From assembly GCF_006345805.1 (NCBI RefSeq), contig NC_042998.1:167896001-167960000 (forward strand): 64,000 nucleotides of DNA. Direction: 5' to 3'. Both the position numbers and the translations under genes were made by a program. This document shows, in pieces, positions 1-13,380 of the stretch. The notes beneath the pieces are model-generated. The model was given only the letters and a program-made list of their open reading frames with translations, did not search any database and had not been told where the DNA came from. Numbering within the stretch: the stretch's first letter is position 1; each line of letters begins with the position of its first letter. This stretch comes from Octopus sinensis (Eukaryota).

Positions 1-172
1 TATGGGAGGGGTTAAGTCGATTACATAGACCCCAGTGCTCAACTGTTACTTTTATCAACACCGGAAGGATAAAAAGCAAAATCGACCCTGACGGAATTTG
101 TACGTAAATATGGGCGGAATACAGCGAAGATATTTGCTCGGCGTGTTTAACGATTTTGCCAGCTCGCTGCCT
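1..172 (-). mobile_element. tRNA-derived SINE family A (truncated at window edge)
   Basis: Matches the family consensus seen many times in the window; the minus strand carries A-box-like (TGGCAaAAtCGTTA) and B-box-like (aaattccg) motifs. Confidence 0.7.
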
Positions 173-384
173 TTTCAATTTGATAAAAATATTGTTGACC
201 AATTCTGTCCATTTGAATCTACTGACATCATCAATGCCCCATGGAATTAATCATTTCTTGGAGGATGTGGGGAATATCTGGAACTATGGATTCGTAGTAT
301 TTCACGTTATCCTTGTCATAGGCAGGTCTGGTGTTTATCTGGGTCAAACGGCATAAACAATATATAGATATGTTATATCAGACA

Positions 385-595
385 CAGACATAGCTGTGTG
401 ATTATGAAGTTCGTTTTGGAACCTCGTGGTTTCAGGTTCAGTTCCACTGCGCCATACCTTGGACGACGTATACCTTGTGAGTGAATTTGGTAGATCGTCG
501 TGCGCGCGTATGTATGCGTGTATCTGTGCGTATGCCCGTGCGTGTGTGTATGTTTGTGAGTGTAGGTGTGCGTATGCGTATATATATATATATAT

Positions 596-644
<49 letters not shown>

Positions 645-850
645 TTATCTTAGTGTTTGTGTGTGTCCCCCCACGACTTGACCACTAGTGTTGGTTTCCC
701 TACATTCCCGCAACTTAATGTTTTGGCATAAAAGACCGCGAGAATAAGTACCAAATTTTCAAGAAATATAAGTACTGAGATCGATTTCTTTGTCTAAAAA
801 GAATGACAGTCCAATGACTGAAAGATGTAAAAAGTAAAAGGTAAAGAATA
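385..850 (+). mobile_element. SINE family B, diverged copy with internal (TA)(TG)n
   Basis: Head gctgtgtg...ggttcagttccactgcg, internal microsatellite and tail tgactgaaa..gtaaaa are homologous to 10615-11032. Confidence 0.7.
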
Positions 851-1245
851 ATATAAATGACTGCAGTAGATGATGCGAACAATTTCAGCGGCTTTGTATG
901 ACTCCTAAAACCCAATAGTTTTTTTTACTGATGTAAAGCATGTATGGTATGAATTTCGTTAATACTTTTTATTTTTTTCTTCATAATTTTTCAAAGTAGT
1001 TTTTTAAATATAGATATTTATTCGAAAACTATCAGAGGGCTCTTAGGCTTATATTCTTTAATAGGCCCCAAGGGATCTCTTGCCAAATATGATACTTTTA
1101 TCTGTCTGCTAAACGGTAATTTAACTAAGCTGCTCTGCCTAAGTTAAGATTACAAATAAATACATTACAGGTTTTAGTTTCATTCCTCTCAGTTCCCAGC
1201 TCATATTCTTGTGTCGACTTTACTAAGGTTAAAAACAATGAGTAA

Positions 1246-1870
1246 TAATCCATTCTACTATAGACACAAGGCCTGGAGTTTGTGGGGATGGGGATGGTCG
1301 ATTACATCGATCCCAGTACTTGATTGGTTCTGAAATTGTCGACCCCGAAAGGATGAAAGGCAAAGTTGACCTCGGCGGAATTTGAACTCAGAACGTAACG
1401 GCAGACAAAATACTTATTTCTTTACTACCCACAGAGGGGACAAACAAGGACAGACAAAGGGATTAAGCCGATTATATCGACCCCAGTGCGTAACTGGTAC
1501 TTATTTAATCGACCCAGAAAGGATAAAAGGCAAATTCGACCTCGGCGGAATTTGAAATCAGAACGTAGCGGCAGACGAAATACCACAAAGCGTTTCGCCT
1601 GACGTGTTAACGATTCTGCCGGCTAGTTGCCTTAGAAAACAATGGATAATGATCCTTTTTACTATAGGCACAAGGCCCTAGATTTTTGTGGGGAGGAGGA
1701 TAATCGATCACATCAACCCTAGTACTTGAATGAAACTTAATTTATCGACCCCGAAAGGATGAAATGCAAAGTTGACCTCGGCAGAATTTGAACTCAGAAC
1801 GTGAAGACAGATGAAATATCGCCAAGTATTTCGCCCGGCGCGTAAACGATTCTGCCAGCTCGCTGCCTTA
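1246..1870 (-). mobile_element. Two adjacent SINE family A copies (first with duplicated internal module)
   Basis: Three occurrences of gaaaggat..aaa.gcaaa.t.gacctcggc.gaatttga; two heads end in gcctta. Confidence 0.85.
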
Positions 1871-2790
1871 TAACAATGAGTAGTAACGATAACATAATGT
1901 GGTAGAAAATTTATTATTTGACGTCCTTCAGATTTGAGAAAGCCCTTTTATTTGGAAACTTACGTTGTCACAAATATATAAAGTACGCTCACTCTAATTC
2001 AAACATATACGAAGAAAGCTATCTCGAAAATAATCTGTACTTAGGAATTGTAATAATAATATAACCTGCTTCACTAAAATGCGCGCATACTTAGACACGC
2101 GTTAGCTTCTAATCACTGAAGCTCAGGCAAAGTGACTGCATATTTTCATTTATAGTTAGTTATCCATCAGCAGATAAGAATATGTAGATGCACAAACGAA
2201 GTTGTACGTTTGATAGCAATAAGCATATACTACGAATAGTTATTTACTCGAATACTTTGAAAAGTGCTGACAGAGGTATTCTCATATATCCAGTCAAATA
2301 TATCGGGTTGAAAATTTGCACAGCTCCATGCTCATGGAGGTGCATAACTGTTGATATATAAACTAACTGGGAAGACACAAAACCGTAATAAAAATAAATC
2401 TCCTAAGTCATAAGCATATTAATATTCCACTGCAACTTACAATACACATGCAAACTCGAAACAGAATAGAAAAAAAAAGAAGTAATAATAATGATGATAA
2501 AAACAGCACTCTGCTTACAGTTTGTTAGAACCAGGAGACCAAACGTGTTTGAAGTCCTCTGGGAATTTTAATTAGTTCAACTATTCAAGTATGTAATTAC
2601 AAAAGCAGCAACTTTGTCAGGCCTCACACTAATATCACGCAAATATAAGCACACACCACTTGTGTACAAGCGTGTTAATGTATTGTTTTGCCTCTGTATA
2701 TATGCGCGTCGTTTTATATCTATGTTTATGTCTGTAGACTGTAGTGTTATTAATGAAGAAGGAAGATAAATCAAGCTTTAATATGTGTAA

Positions 2791-3185
2791 CTAGCAGTAT
2801 CGCCCGGCGTTGATCGGGTTTGTAAGGGAAATAACTATATAAGCATTTTTAGATATGTAAAGTATAATAGCCATCTCAATATGGTTAACCACAGGGGGGG
2901 GGGGTTACTGTAGCTTTTTACGTTCTGAGATTTAATAAAAATTTTTAGAGAGTTACTTCCCGTATATATGCCAAAAATGCATTAAAAATGGGGAAAATTG
3001 ATGGTAATTTTTTTTTTAAATCGTAGACTCATCGTAGACGCGCGCTAATACCCAGAAGGGCTCGATGTGAATCACGACTATAAGATACCCGCTTTTGGTT
3101 AAACTGCACCGCAAAATGTGGGAGTAGTTAGGAATCTAAATCGTAGGAGACAGACAGCACACAACCTCACTTTTATATATAAAGA
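2791..3185 (-). mobile_element. Non-autonomous Helitron
   Basis: Minus strand starts a|TCTTTATATATAAAAG and ends with hairpin cccgatcaacgccggg + CTAG|t. These are canonical Helitron termini and an A/T target. A second copy lies at 13381. Confidence 0.8.
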
Positions 3186-3365
3186 TATACATATGCCTTG
3201 CTCGAGTTCTTTCTTTCTTTCTTTCTTTCTTTCTCGAACTCTTAAGATTATAGATTTGCGATCTAAATGTTACCGGATATATTTTCTTTCTTTATTTTTG
3301 GATTTCATGATGAAAAGATACGCAATTCAAAGTAACGAACAGAACATACACGTTTTAAATGTTGG

Positions 3366-3480
3366 CACTAGTCGATTACATCGACTCTAGTACTTAACTG
3401 GTATTTATTTTGTCGACCCAAGAAGGATGAAAAGCAAATTCGAACCTCGGCGAAATTTGAGACCAGAACGTACGGATTCA
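3366..3480 (-). mobile_element. SINE family A fragment
   Basis: gtcgattacatcgac...gaaggatgaaaagcaaattcgaacctcggcgaaatttga. Confidence 0.7.
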
Positions 3481-4163
3481 GAAAAAAAGTACCTGTAGGA
3501 GTTTTTGATTCCTGAGATTATTTCGTCTTCTCATTTAAAGTTAGCGTCAATTGGCACCAAGAAATACTTTTATCTTCTTCAGGAGCAGTGATAGTTGCAG
3601 TAAATTAAGAATTCATCTTGTATGATATTTAATATAGTCCCATTCGATTTTGTTGTTCAAAATCGATGTTACTAGTCTCTCTGACGGATTTCACTTAGCT
3701 CATCTAATATCTCATAATTCACTGTTCGTCAGTGTTTTAAACTCAAAGATTTTGAAAATGATTGGGTTTAATTCTATCTATTTTTAAATTTTAGGGAATA
3801 TTTTATACCTTCTAACATATAAATCAGCTCGCATATACATACCCAAATTTCTCTGTAAAGAGCGGGTAGCTTCCCTACATCATCAGGTTGTCTTTCAGCT
3901 TGGGCTCAGTTTTTTTTTCCTTCTATCCACTTATTCAGATCATATTGACAGAGTAGTAACAGAAAACAAAAAACAAAGTAAATAGAACGCCAGGTGTGAG
4001 GGCGTACCCACTCTACAACGAGATTGGTTAAGTTCGTTATTTTTCTCTTATAGTTGTATTTCATCGATAATGATATTTTCAGCAACAATGAAATTAAAAG
4101 CGAGCACTGAAAGCAAGCCCTCTCGTCCACAAAATTAATTATTTCTACTACAGCCGTAAGGTT

Positions 4164-4373
4164 GTGGAGGCGCGTGGCTTAGTGGTTAGGGTGGCAGCAA
4201 CATGATCGTAAGATTGTGGTTTCGATTCCTGGACCGAGCGATGCGTTGTGTTCTTGAGCAAAACACTTCATTTCACGTTGCTCCAGTCCACTCAGCTGGC
4301 AAAAATGAGTAACGCTGCGATGAATTGGCGTCCCATCCAGCGGGGCAACACATACGCCATGGAAACCGGGCCC
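4164..4373 (+). mobile_element. SINE family C (head A + tail Y)
   Basis: tRNA-like head ggcgcgtggcttagtggttaggg...ggtttcgattcc; tail gtaacgctgcgatg...gaaaccgggccc shared with 56894-57198. Confidence 0.8.
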
Positions 4374-4394
4374 ATTTGCGCATTTGTATATTTA

Positions 4395-5030
4395 TAGGCA
4401 TAAGGCGTGGAATTCTGAGATAGGAGTTTAATCGACTGCATCGATCCTACTACTCAACTGGTACTTATTTTATCGACCCCGAAGTGAGGAAAGGCAAAGC
4501 TGAATTTAAACACAGAACGTAAAGTTGGAAGAAACACCGCTTATTTTGTTCAGCGTCACGCCTCCTTAATAATATGTATTGGCTCCAAATTTTGGCACAG
4601 GCCAGCAATTTCGTGGAAAGTTGTGTGTTACATCGATCCAGTGTTCAACTGGTACTTATTTTAGCGACCCCGAAATAATGAAGAGCAAAGTCGACCTCCA
4701 CGGAATTTGAACTCAGAACAAAAAGTCGAACGGAAATGCCGCTAAACATTTTTGGCCGGTGCAGTAACGATTCTACCATATCGTCGCTTTAATAATAATA
4801 ATACTTTCTACTAAAGGCACAAGGCCTGAAATTTGAGGGGTCGGGAGGGGGCTAGTCAATTACATCGACCCCCAGTGTTTCACTGGTACTTAATTTATCG
4901 ACCCCGGAATGATGAAGGGCAAAGTCGACCTCGGCGGAATTTGAACTCAGAACAAAAAAGAAAAGAAAAAAACGAAATGCCGCTAAGCATTTAGCCCGGC
5001 GCGTTAACGATTTTACCAGATCGTCGCTTT
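4395..5030 (-). mobile_element. Three head-to-tail diverged SINE family A copies
   Basis: Three copies of caactggtactt..tcgacccc..gaaa..gtcgacctc..ggaatttgaactcagaac. Confidence 0.8.
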
Positions 5031-6329
5031 AATAATAATAAACATCAAATCTTAGTTTTATTGCCATTTCCGTTTTTGTTCTCTTATTTTTCCAAATAAA
5101 AATATAACTCGATTATTTCTTCCTCTTTAAAAATTAACTGTTCTACTCTTGTTTACAATATTATTTTTTTTTAACAATCACTACCAGTACAACTACGTTG
5201 ACAGTAAGCAATGAATTTTCTTAGTATCAGTCCAACCTTTTTAATGAAAGTCTTTCGAAGCTAAATAATAATATTTAAAAAATGTTTAGTTAACCCTTTC
5301 TTTCTATTGGGCTTCAAGCAAGAGAAATAATATCAATATTTTAATTTCAAAAGTGGGAATAAATAGCCGTGGAAGTTTCTGATACGAGTTGAAAAACTTC
5401 TATTACCTTCTAATTTTGTATCCCTCGCCCCAAATCTGCTATAACATTTGGAGTCGATTCTATTGACTCAATTCCTTAATAAATTCCTCAAAACGGACAA
5501 ATCAATATTTACAATAGCTACAATCGTAGTTACTAAAATATATCACCGCGCCCGTGTTCGTATGTGTGTGTGTGTGTGTGTGTGTGTATACATGTTAGTA
5601 TGTTGTATATATATGTGTCTGTGTGTGCGCCAGAGTATATATGTGTAAGTGTGTACGATTGTGAGTTTATATAATAAAATGGGAGCTTATTATTACTATT
5701 ATTATTTTCTTTTTCTGTAAGGGAGCTGTAGAATAGTTTAGAATAAGGAAAGGGAATATAGATGTTGTGAACTAGAGAGTGGTATGCAGGATGGAAGGAG
5801 CTGACATCAGGTGATTCAAACTGTAGTGATGGTGGTAACTGACTGATAAGAGGTGTAATGACGGATGATGCTGGCACGTTTTTGCTTTTGGCAGCAGTCG
5901 GACTGACAAGGCTGGACCGATAGTTGATATACTATTACTTCTGTATAAATAGAGGCGGTAGAGGTGATGTTGTTACTGATAAACGGTTAGGGTTGCAGAA
6001 GTAAGTTTCGAATAGTATTTACTGAAGAAAATTCCACGTACAGAAAGAGAGCGAAGAAGAAATCGGAAAATATCGGGAAGAAAGAGTGGTAAAGTCATAA
6101 GAAAAGTGTGTTGAATATGTAATTATATTTTATAGGGGAAAAGAAAACACACTCACATATGTATAAATACATACAGACAGACATCACACACACACACATA
6201 CACACACACAATATATATATATATATATAAACAGTACTTGGAGAAGAAGAACGAAACGAAACGAACGAATCGAATCGAATCGAATCGAATCGACGCGAGG
6301 GTGCGCTCAGTCATACAATAGTGTAATAA

Positions 6330-6582
6330 ATAAAATATATGCATACATACATACATATATGTATGTACCTACATCTACATGTGTATATACATGCATGTAT
6401 AAATATATATACGTGAGTACAGGACACCACAAGTAGAAGTAGAACTCAACGAGAAACGAAAACGGAAAAACAAGCGTGGAACAGACCATTTTTTTACAAC
6501 GAAAAACAGAGTCAAGACAACTACACAAGGAAAAATCCCCTTCATCAGCTGTCCCTAGTTCAACTCCCGCGTGTTTCGAAGG
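6330..6582 (-). mobile_element. Penelope-like tail repeat (homologous to 9375-9612)
   Basis: Shares gtacctac.tctacatg, gtacaggacacc and aaaaatcccctt..tcag...gtttcgaagg with the 9.4-9.6 kb copy; contains CTGATGA and CGAAAC on the minus strand. Confidence 0.45.
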
Positions 6583-6617
<35 letters not shown>

Positions 6618-6621
6618 TAGG

Positions 6622-6675
<54 letters not shown>

Positions 6676-6676
6676 T

Positions 6677-6964
6677 GAGGCCCGTGGCTTAGTGCTTAGA
6701 GTATTCGGCTCTCGACCGTGAGACGGTTACTGGCATCGCGTTATGTCCTTAAACAAGACACTTTATTTCATACTGCTCCAGGCCACTCAACTGCCAAAAA
6801 CGAGCTGTACCTGCATTCTGTTTTACACTCAATCTCTCTCAGAACTACGTTATGGGTATACGAGTCTACGGAGTGCTCAGCCACATCCACGTAAATTTCA
6901 TGAGCAGGCTTTACCATTAAACCCAACAACTGCTAACCTCGACGTTGTAACCGACGGAATGTCC
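6677..6964 (+). mobile_element. SINE family C (head A + tail Z), diverged
   Basis: ggcccgtggcttagtg head; gagaactacgtta...gtaaccgacgga tail. Confidence 0.7.
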
Positions 6965-6966
6965 TA

Positions 6967-7052
<86 letters not shown>

Positions 7053-7482
7053 ACACATATTTATATATAAAACCAATAACGGAGCCGCAGCATGCCCGCA
7101 GTTCTTGAGCTGAAACTAGTAAAAGAATAAAACAATGTATGTGCAATATGTGTATATATATATATAATATAATATATATATATATATATATTATAATATA
7201 TATATATATATATATCGTTAGTAGAGTTAGCGGTTAGAATAACCGTCTGAGGGATAAGATTATCCGTTTTACTACCGGTATAAATTACCCATGTTAACCC
7301 AAGGTTGCAAGACGTAACGAAAATTTAGAAAAAGAAATAAGTAAATGAGTGGAATGTTACCAGACACAACAGAATATGTTTCAACACACGAACTCACATA
7401 AAGAATCTTGCAAACCGAATCTAAAAACGAAATATATATATATATATATATATACTTGCACATACATATATAAATATATGTA

Positions 7483-7713
7483 TATATTTCTTTACTACCC
7501 ACAAGGGGCTAAACACAGAGGGGACAAACAAGGACAGACAAACGGACTAAGTCGATTACATCGATTCCAATGCGTAATTGGTACTTAATTTATCGACTCC
7601 GAAAGGATGAAAGGCAAAGTCGACCTCGGCGGAATTTGAACTCGGAACATAACGACAGACGAAATACGGCTATGCATTTCGCCAGGCGTGCTAACGTTTC
7701 TGCCAGCTCGCCG
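7483..7713 (-). mobile_element. SINE family A
   Basis: Near-consensus; minus head gcggcgagctggcagaaacgttagcacg, B box gagttcaaattcc. Confidence 0.9.
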
Positions 7714-7729
7714 CATAAATATATGTATA

Positions 7730-8126
7730 GGTGCAGGAGTAGCTGTGTGGTAAGAAGCTAGTTTCCCAAACACATGGTTCCAGGTACACTCCAACTGCCT
7801 CGCACCTTGGGCAAGTGTCTTCTACTATAGATTTGAGCCGACCAAAGTCTTGTAGGTAGATTTAATAGACGGAAACTGAAAGAAGCCCGTCGTATACATA
7901 TATACGAATATATTTGTGTGTGTGTCTGTTTTTATTTCCCCCACCATCGCTTGACACCCGATGTTGGTGTGTTTATGTCCCCGTAACTTAAAGGTTCGGC
8001 AAAAAAGACCGATATAATAAGTACTAAGCTTACAAAGAATAAGTCCTGGGGTCGATTTGTTCGACTAAAGGCGGTGCTCCAGCTTGGCCGCAGTCAAATG
8101 AATGAAACAAGCAAAAGAATAAAAGA
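7730..8126 (+). mobile_element. SINE family B
   Basis: ggtgcaggagtagctgtgtggtaag head through gcaaaagaataaaagaata tail. Confidence 0.9.
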
Positions 8127-8150
8127 ATATATATGTATACGTATATATAT

Positions 8151-8182
<32 letters not shown>

Positions 8183-8282
8183 ATATATATATAATGTGTT
8201 TATATATACATGCATATATATGTATTTGATGTCGCCTGGTCAGGAAGTGGAGGTACGTAGCATTTGATAAATCTAGTTTAGC

Positions 8283-8321
<39 letters not shown>

Positions 8322-8535
8322 AAGAACACACACACACACAAACGCACACACACGCACACACGCACGTAATTATGCCAGACAAATTACCAACACCCGCATA
8401 TATTTTGGCAAACAACAACTGTCTACTCGAGTTGGCTATAACATCCTAAAACATTACTTAAAAGAATATTCCATTGCTTACATACCATATAACCTGGGCC
8501 AACAATGGCTAAAGCTGTGTAAAACAAGTTATAAC

Positions 8536-8536
<1 letters not shown>

Positions 8537-8627
<91 letters not shown>

Positions 8628-8650
8628 CAGATAGATAGACATAGATAGAT
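8537..8650. repeat. (GATA)n microsatellite
   Basis: Direct reading. Confidence 0.95.
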
Positions 8651-9374
8651 GGTTAGAAAAATATTTATGTATACTTACACATATATACTCATATACTCTT
8701 ACGCACATACATACATACATACATAATACATACATACATACATGCATACATACATACATACGTACATACATACCAACATACATTCATACATATATATACA
8801 CAAACAAAGAGTGAGAGATGGGGAGGGAGAGATAGGGGGAGGGAGAGAGAGAGGGAGGAGAGAGAGGGAGACAGAGGAAAGGAGGCAGAAGCTGGGTAAC
8901 GATGATAGTTCTGGAAGCTGAGGCTAAATTTAGGAAAAAACTGGAAGTTCGCTTCTATGCAAAGTGTATGTGTATGCATAGATGTTTTAACACGATTCCT
9001 TATCCTGCTGCCAGTTAAAGATGGCATTCCCAGAGCCGAAAGTCGGCGCCGACTGGTTTGGTTGTGATAATGCTGATCTTGATGATGATGGTGATGCTGA
9101 TGCTGATGTTGATGATGTTGGCAGTGGTAACGGGAAGGAGGATGACGTTGGCATAATCGCATATTACACCTTTTTTTCTCTAGCAACGTCAGTAATTCGG
9201 TAATTTTAATGTCTCACCCTTCTTAATTTTTCTCCAACAAATTTCTTCTCCTCGTACCTTCATCCATATATATACATTTTACGCTCAAAATAATAATATA
9301 TTATCACACTGTATATATATATATAGATATATATATATATATATATATATATAGTATATATATGTAAATAAAAT

Positions 9375-9612
9375 AGAACATATGCATATATATAAACATA
9401 TATGTACGTACCTACCTCTACATGTACATATACACGCATAATATGTGTACAGGACACCAAAAAGACGTCGAACACATAGAGAGACGAACGAAACACATAG
9501 ACACAAACCAAGGAACAAGACAAGCAAAAAAAGAGAGATACAGGACAATAAGCACAACGAAAAATCCCCTTCTTCAGTCGCTAAGGTTTCATCTACTAAA
9601 CGTTTCGAAGGA
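9375..9612 (-). mobile_element. Penelope-like tail repeat (homologous to 6330-6582)
   Basis: As for 6330-6582; CTGAAGA and CGAAACGTT on the minus strand, abutting (TA)n. Confidence 0.45.
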
Positions 9613-10005
9613 TTATATATATATATATATATACATGCAAACACAGAAACACACACATAAACACATACATACACACACATACACATGCTGAGGCACCGCT
9701 TTCAAGAATTGTCGAATGAATCAACTCTAGCATCTATTTTCATTTTAAAACCCGGTATTTATTTTATCGGGTCCGTGGCCGAACAGCTAGTTAACGAGTG
9801 CGTAATCACACCAACACCGGTTGTCAAGCTGTGGAGGCGATAAAAACAGACGCAAACACACGCACACACATACATACTGACACACACCCTTATCCCTATT
9901 TCTCCAGCAAATTTCTTCCCCTCGTACTTTCATACATATATACATTTTATGCTGAAAATAATCATATTACCATACAATATATACACATGCAAACGCACAC
10001 ACACA

Positions 10006-10044
<39 letters not shown>

Positions 10045-10151
10045 ATATATATGCGACGGACTTCTTTCACTTTCCGTCTGCTAAATCCACTCACAAGACA
10101 TTACAAGGTTATAGTAGAGGACACATCCCTAAGTATATATATATACTTAAA

Positions 10152-10310
10152 GTGGCTGTGTGGTAAGTAGCTTGCTTACGAATCATATGGTTCCGGGTTC
10201 AGTCCCACTGCGTGACACCTTGGGTAAGTGTCTTCTACTATAGCCTCGGCCCGACCAAAGCCTTGTGAGTGGATTTGGTGGACGGAAACTGAAAGAAGCC
10301 CGTCGTTTAA

Positions 10311-10347
<37 letters not shown>

Positions 10348-10598
10348 GTATGTATGTATTATGTATGTATGTATGTATTATGTATGTATGTATGTATGTA
10401 TGTATGTATGTATGTATGTATGTATGTATGTATGTACGATGCTGGTGTGTTTACGTTCCCGTAATATAGCGGTTCGGCAAAACAGATCGATAGAATAAGG
10501 CTTACAAAGAATAAGTCCTGGGGTCGATTTTCTCGACTAAAGGCGGTGCTCCAGCATGGCCACAGTCAAATGACTGAAGTAAAAGAGTAAAAGAGTAA
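10152..10598 (+). mobile_element. SINE family B with internal (ATGT)n
   Basis: gtggctgtgtggtaagtagc head; gtaaaagagtaaaagag tail. Confidence 0.9.
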
Positions 10599-10614
10599 AA
10601 AAAAAACATATATA

Positions 10615-11032
10615 GGCGCAGGAGTGGCTGTGTGGTAAGTAGCTTGCTAACCAACCACATGGTTCCGGGTTCAGTCCCACTGCGTGGCATCTTGGGTAAG
10701 TGTCTTCTGCTATAGCCCCGGGCCGATCAATGCCTTGTGAGTGGATTTGGTAGATGGAAACTGAATGAAGCCTGTCGTATATATGTATATATATATATGT
10801 GTGTGTATGTGTGTGTTTGTGTGTGTGTGTGTGTTTGTCCCCCTAGCATTGCTTGACAACCGATGCTGGTGTGTTTACGTCCCCGTAACTTAGCGGTTCG
10901 GCAAAAGAGACCGATAGAATAAGTACTGGGCTTACAAAGAATAAGTCCCGGGGTCGATTTGCTCGACTAAAGGCGGTGCTCCAGCATGGCCGCAGTCAAA
11001 TAACTGAAACAAGTAAAAGAGTAAAAGAGTAA
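10615..11032 (+). mobile_element. SINE family B, near-consensus full length
   Basis: ggcgcaggagtggctgtgtggtaag (A-box-like), gggttcagtccc (B-box-like), internal TA/TG tract, (gtaaaaga)n 3' tail. Confidence 0.92.
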
Positions 11033-11699
11033 GTATATAAATATCTATATACGATGACATATAGTCTGGAGCCAACATATCTAACTATATGCACTACAGA
11101 ACACTAAATAATCAATTGACTATTCAAAGAGTATTATTTATTTTACCTTCTGATGAGAAATAAAAAAAAAACCAGTCGTACTTCGTACAATTCGAACTCT
11201 GAAACATAAGTCAACACACTAATCCATATAGAATTTAGTGCTTAAGTTATCTAGTCCATTTAAAGCTCTCTGCGTAAACATTGATAAACACAAAATCCAC
11301 AAAAGTAATACTTTATATATAGATATCAATCTCAAACTCATTGATTCGTTGAACTTAGCCACCCACGTCTCTCAAGTTTTGCATTTGTTTTTAGCGCTGT
11401 GTACCAATAGTCCCACATTACTTATGTGGAAGACAGGTACACGTAACTTGGTGAGACAGAGTAGAAAAATCTGTTTTTATTATGTGCACAGAGTGACTTC
11501 AAGATTAAAGATAGAACCATTATCGTTTTGCTAGGGAAAATGACATCCTTCTCTAACGGCTATCTGCCACTCACACAGACATGTCTATTTGTTTTAGAAA
11601 TTCGCTCGCAATCACAAGATCACAAGAAATTAATGTTTTGATCCAAAAATTTGGCCCCTTGGATAAGAATTTTCTACTACAGCATTTGGGGAGGCGACC

Positions 11700-11895
11700 A
11701 TGCTAAAACTCCATTATACAGACTCACACACACACCACACAACGGACTTCTTACAGTTATCGTCTATCAAATCTACTCACGTGGCTCTGGTCGGTCCGAG
11801 GCTATAAAAGACACTTGTCCGAGGTTCGTGCAGTGGGCCTGAACCTGGAACCGTGTGGTTGAGAAACGAGCTCCTTATCACACAGCCACCCTGCT
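11700..11895 (-). mobile_element. SINE family B, 5' half
   Basis: Reverse complement of head: gaacctggaaccgtgtggtt...cacacagccacc. Confidence 0.75.
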
Positions 11896-11984
11896 ACGCC
11901 AATATATGCATAAGAAAATGAGATGACAAAATAATAAACAATTATTTATCACATGAAACCATTAGCTTCCAACTATTTTGATAT

Positions 11985-11985
11985 T

Positions 11986-12047
<62 letters not shown>

Positions 12048-12172
12048 CAGATAGACAGATAGATAGATAGATAGATAGATATAGATAGATAGATAGATAG
12101 ATAGACAGATAATCTATAGATAGATACATAGATAGATAGATAGATAGATAGATAGATTAGATTGATAGATCT

Positions 12173-12205
<33 letters not shown>

Positions 12206-12208
12206 AAA

Positions 12209-12252
<44 letters not shown>

Positions 12253-12290
12253 GATAGATAGATAGATAGATAGAGAGATAGATAGAGAGC
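11985..12290. repeat. Interrupted (GATA)n array
   Basis: Direct reading. Confidence 0.95.
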
Positions 12291-12298
12291 GAGCAAGA

Positions 12299-12329
<31 letters not shown>

Positions 12330-12616
12330 GAGAGATAAATAGGACGTATATATATGTTTGATTTTATATATTTATACCAATTCAAATTAATATTAAAACT
12401 AAAGATTACTCAATACTTTCAGTGAATGCATATCTATTATTCTTTTAAAACGCAGCGTTGACAGTAAGTTCAAAGCTTCGGCCTGCTTCAGCCTTCACTC
12501 GACTGACCGATAGAGGTTAAGCAGGCCGAAAATTTGAATACAGTACCAATGCTGACTGTTCTTATATATAATATTCATACGTACGTCTGTACGTCTGTAT
12601 GTATCTCTGAATGCAG

Positions 12617-12890
12617 TGAAGGCGCGTGGCTTAGTTGTCAGGTAATTCGGCTAACGATCGTGAGTTCAATTCCCATCGACGTGATGTTTTTTTTTTGTGT
12701 AAGGGACTTTTGTTTTCACGTTACTCCAGTCCACTCAGCTGGCAAAAATGCGTAATATCTGTATATTAAAGGGCCGGATTTGTCACGCTTTGTGTCATGC
12801 AGAATCTTCCTGAGAACTACGTTAAGGGCACACGTGTCTATGAATAGGATCAACTGGAACCCTCTTCGTCGTAACCGACGGATTGCCAGT
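12617..12890 (+). mobile_element. SINE family C (head A + tail Z)
   Basis: gaaggcgcgtggcttagt head, ctccagtccactcagctggcaaaaatg body, gagaactacgttaaggg...gtaaccgacgga tail. Confidence 0.8.
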
Positions 12891-13380
12891 TATTTATTTA
12901 TTTATTTATTTATTTAGTTGTTAGTTAGTTAGTTAGTTAGTATGTATGTATGTATGTATGTATGTATGTATGTATGTATGTATGTATGTATGTGTGTGTG
13001 TGTGTGCGTGCGTGTGTGTGTTAACGAAAGATACACATGTCGGCGAGGGAATCACAGATACGCTAGTGCTTCAAACAAAATTTAATGGCGGTGTTTATTT
13101 CGCATAAGATGCGCAGAGAATTCTTGTCAGTCGGGCTATGGAAAATGCAGTAAACGAGTCAAAAGCACATTCAAGATTTATAACCAACGACGTTAATGTT
13201 CATAAATTGCAATATACGCTAGAAAAACAACAATAAACGGCTAATTGGCCAGACAAAGACACTCATTCCGGCACACATTTTCTATTGAACACACTCACAC
13301 ACGAGCACTTATAGACCAATACACATGTTTATGGATATAGAAAAAACCATATATATATATATATCTAATATATATATACA

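Noticed and set aside
3845-3890. CUGAUGA on minus followed by GUAG/CUAC hairpin
   Set aside because: No GAAA directly after the hairpin and no stem I.
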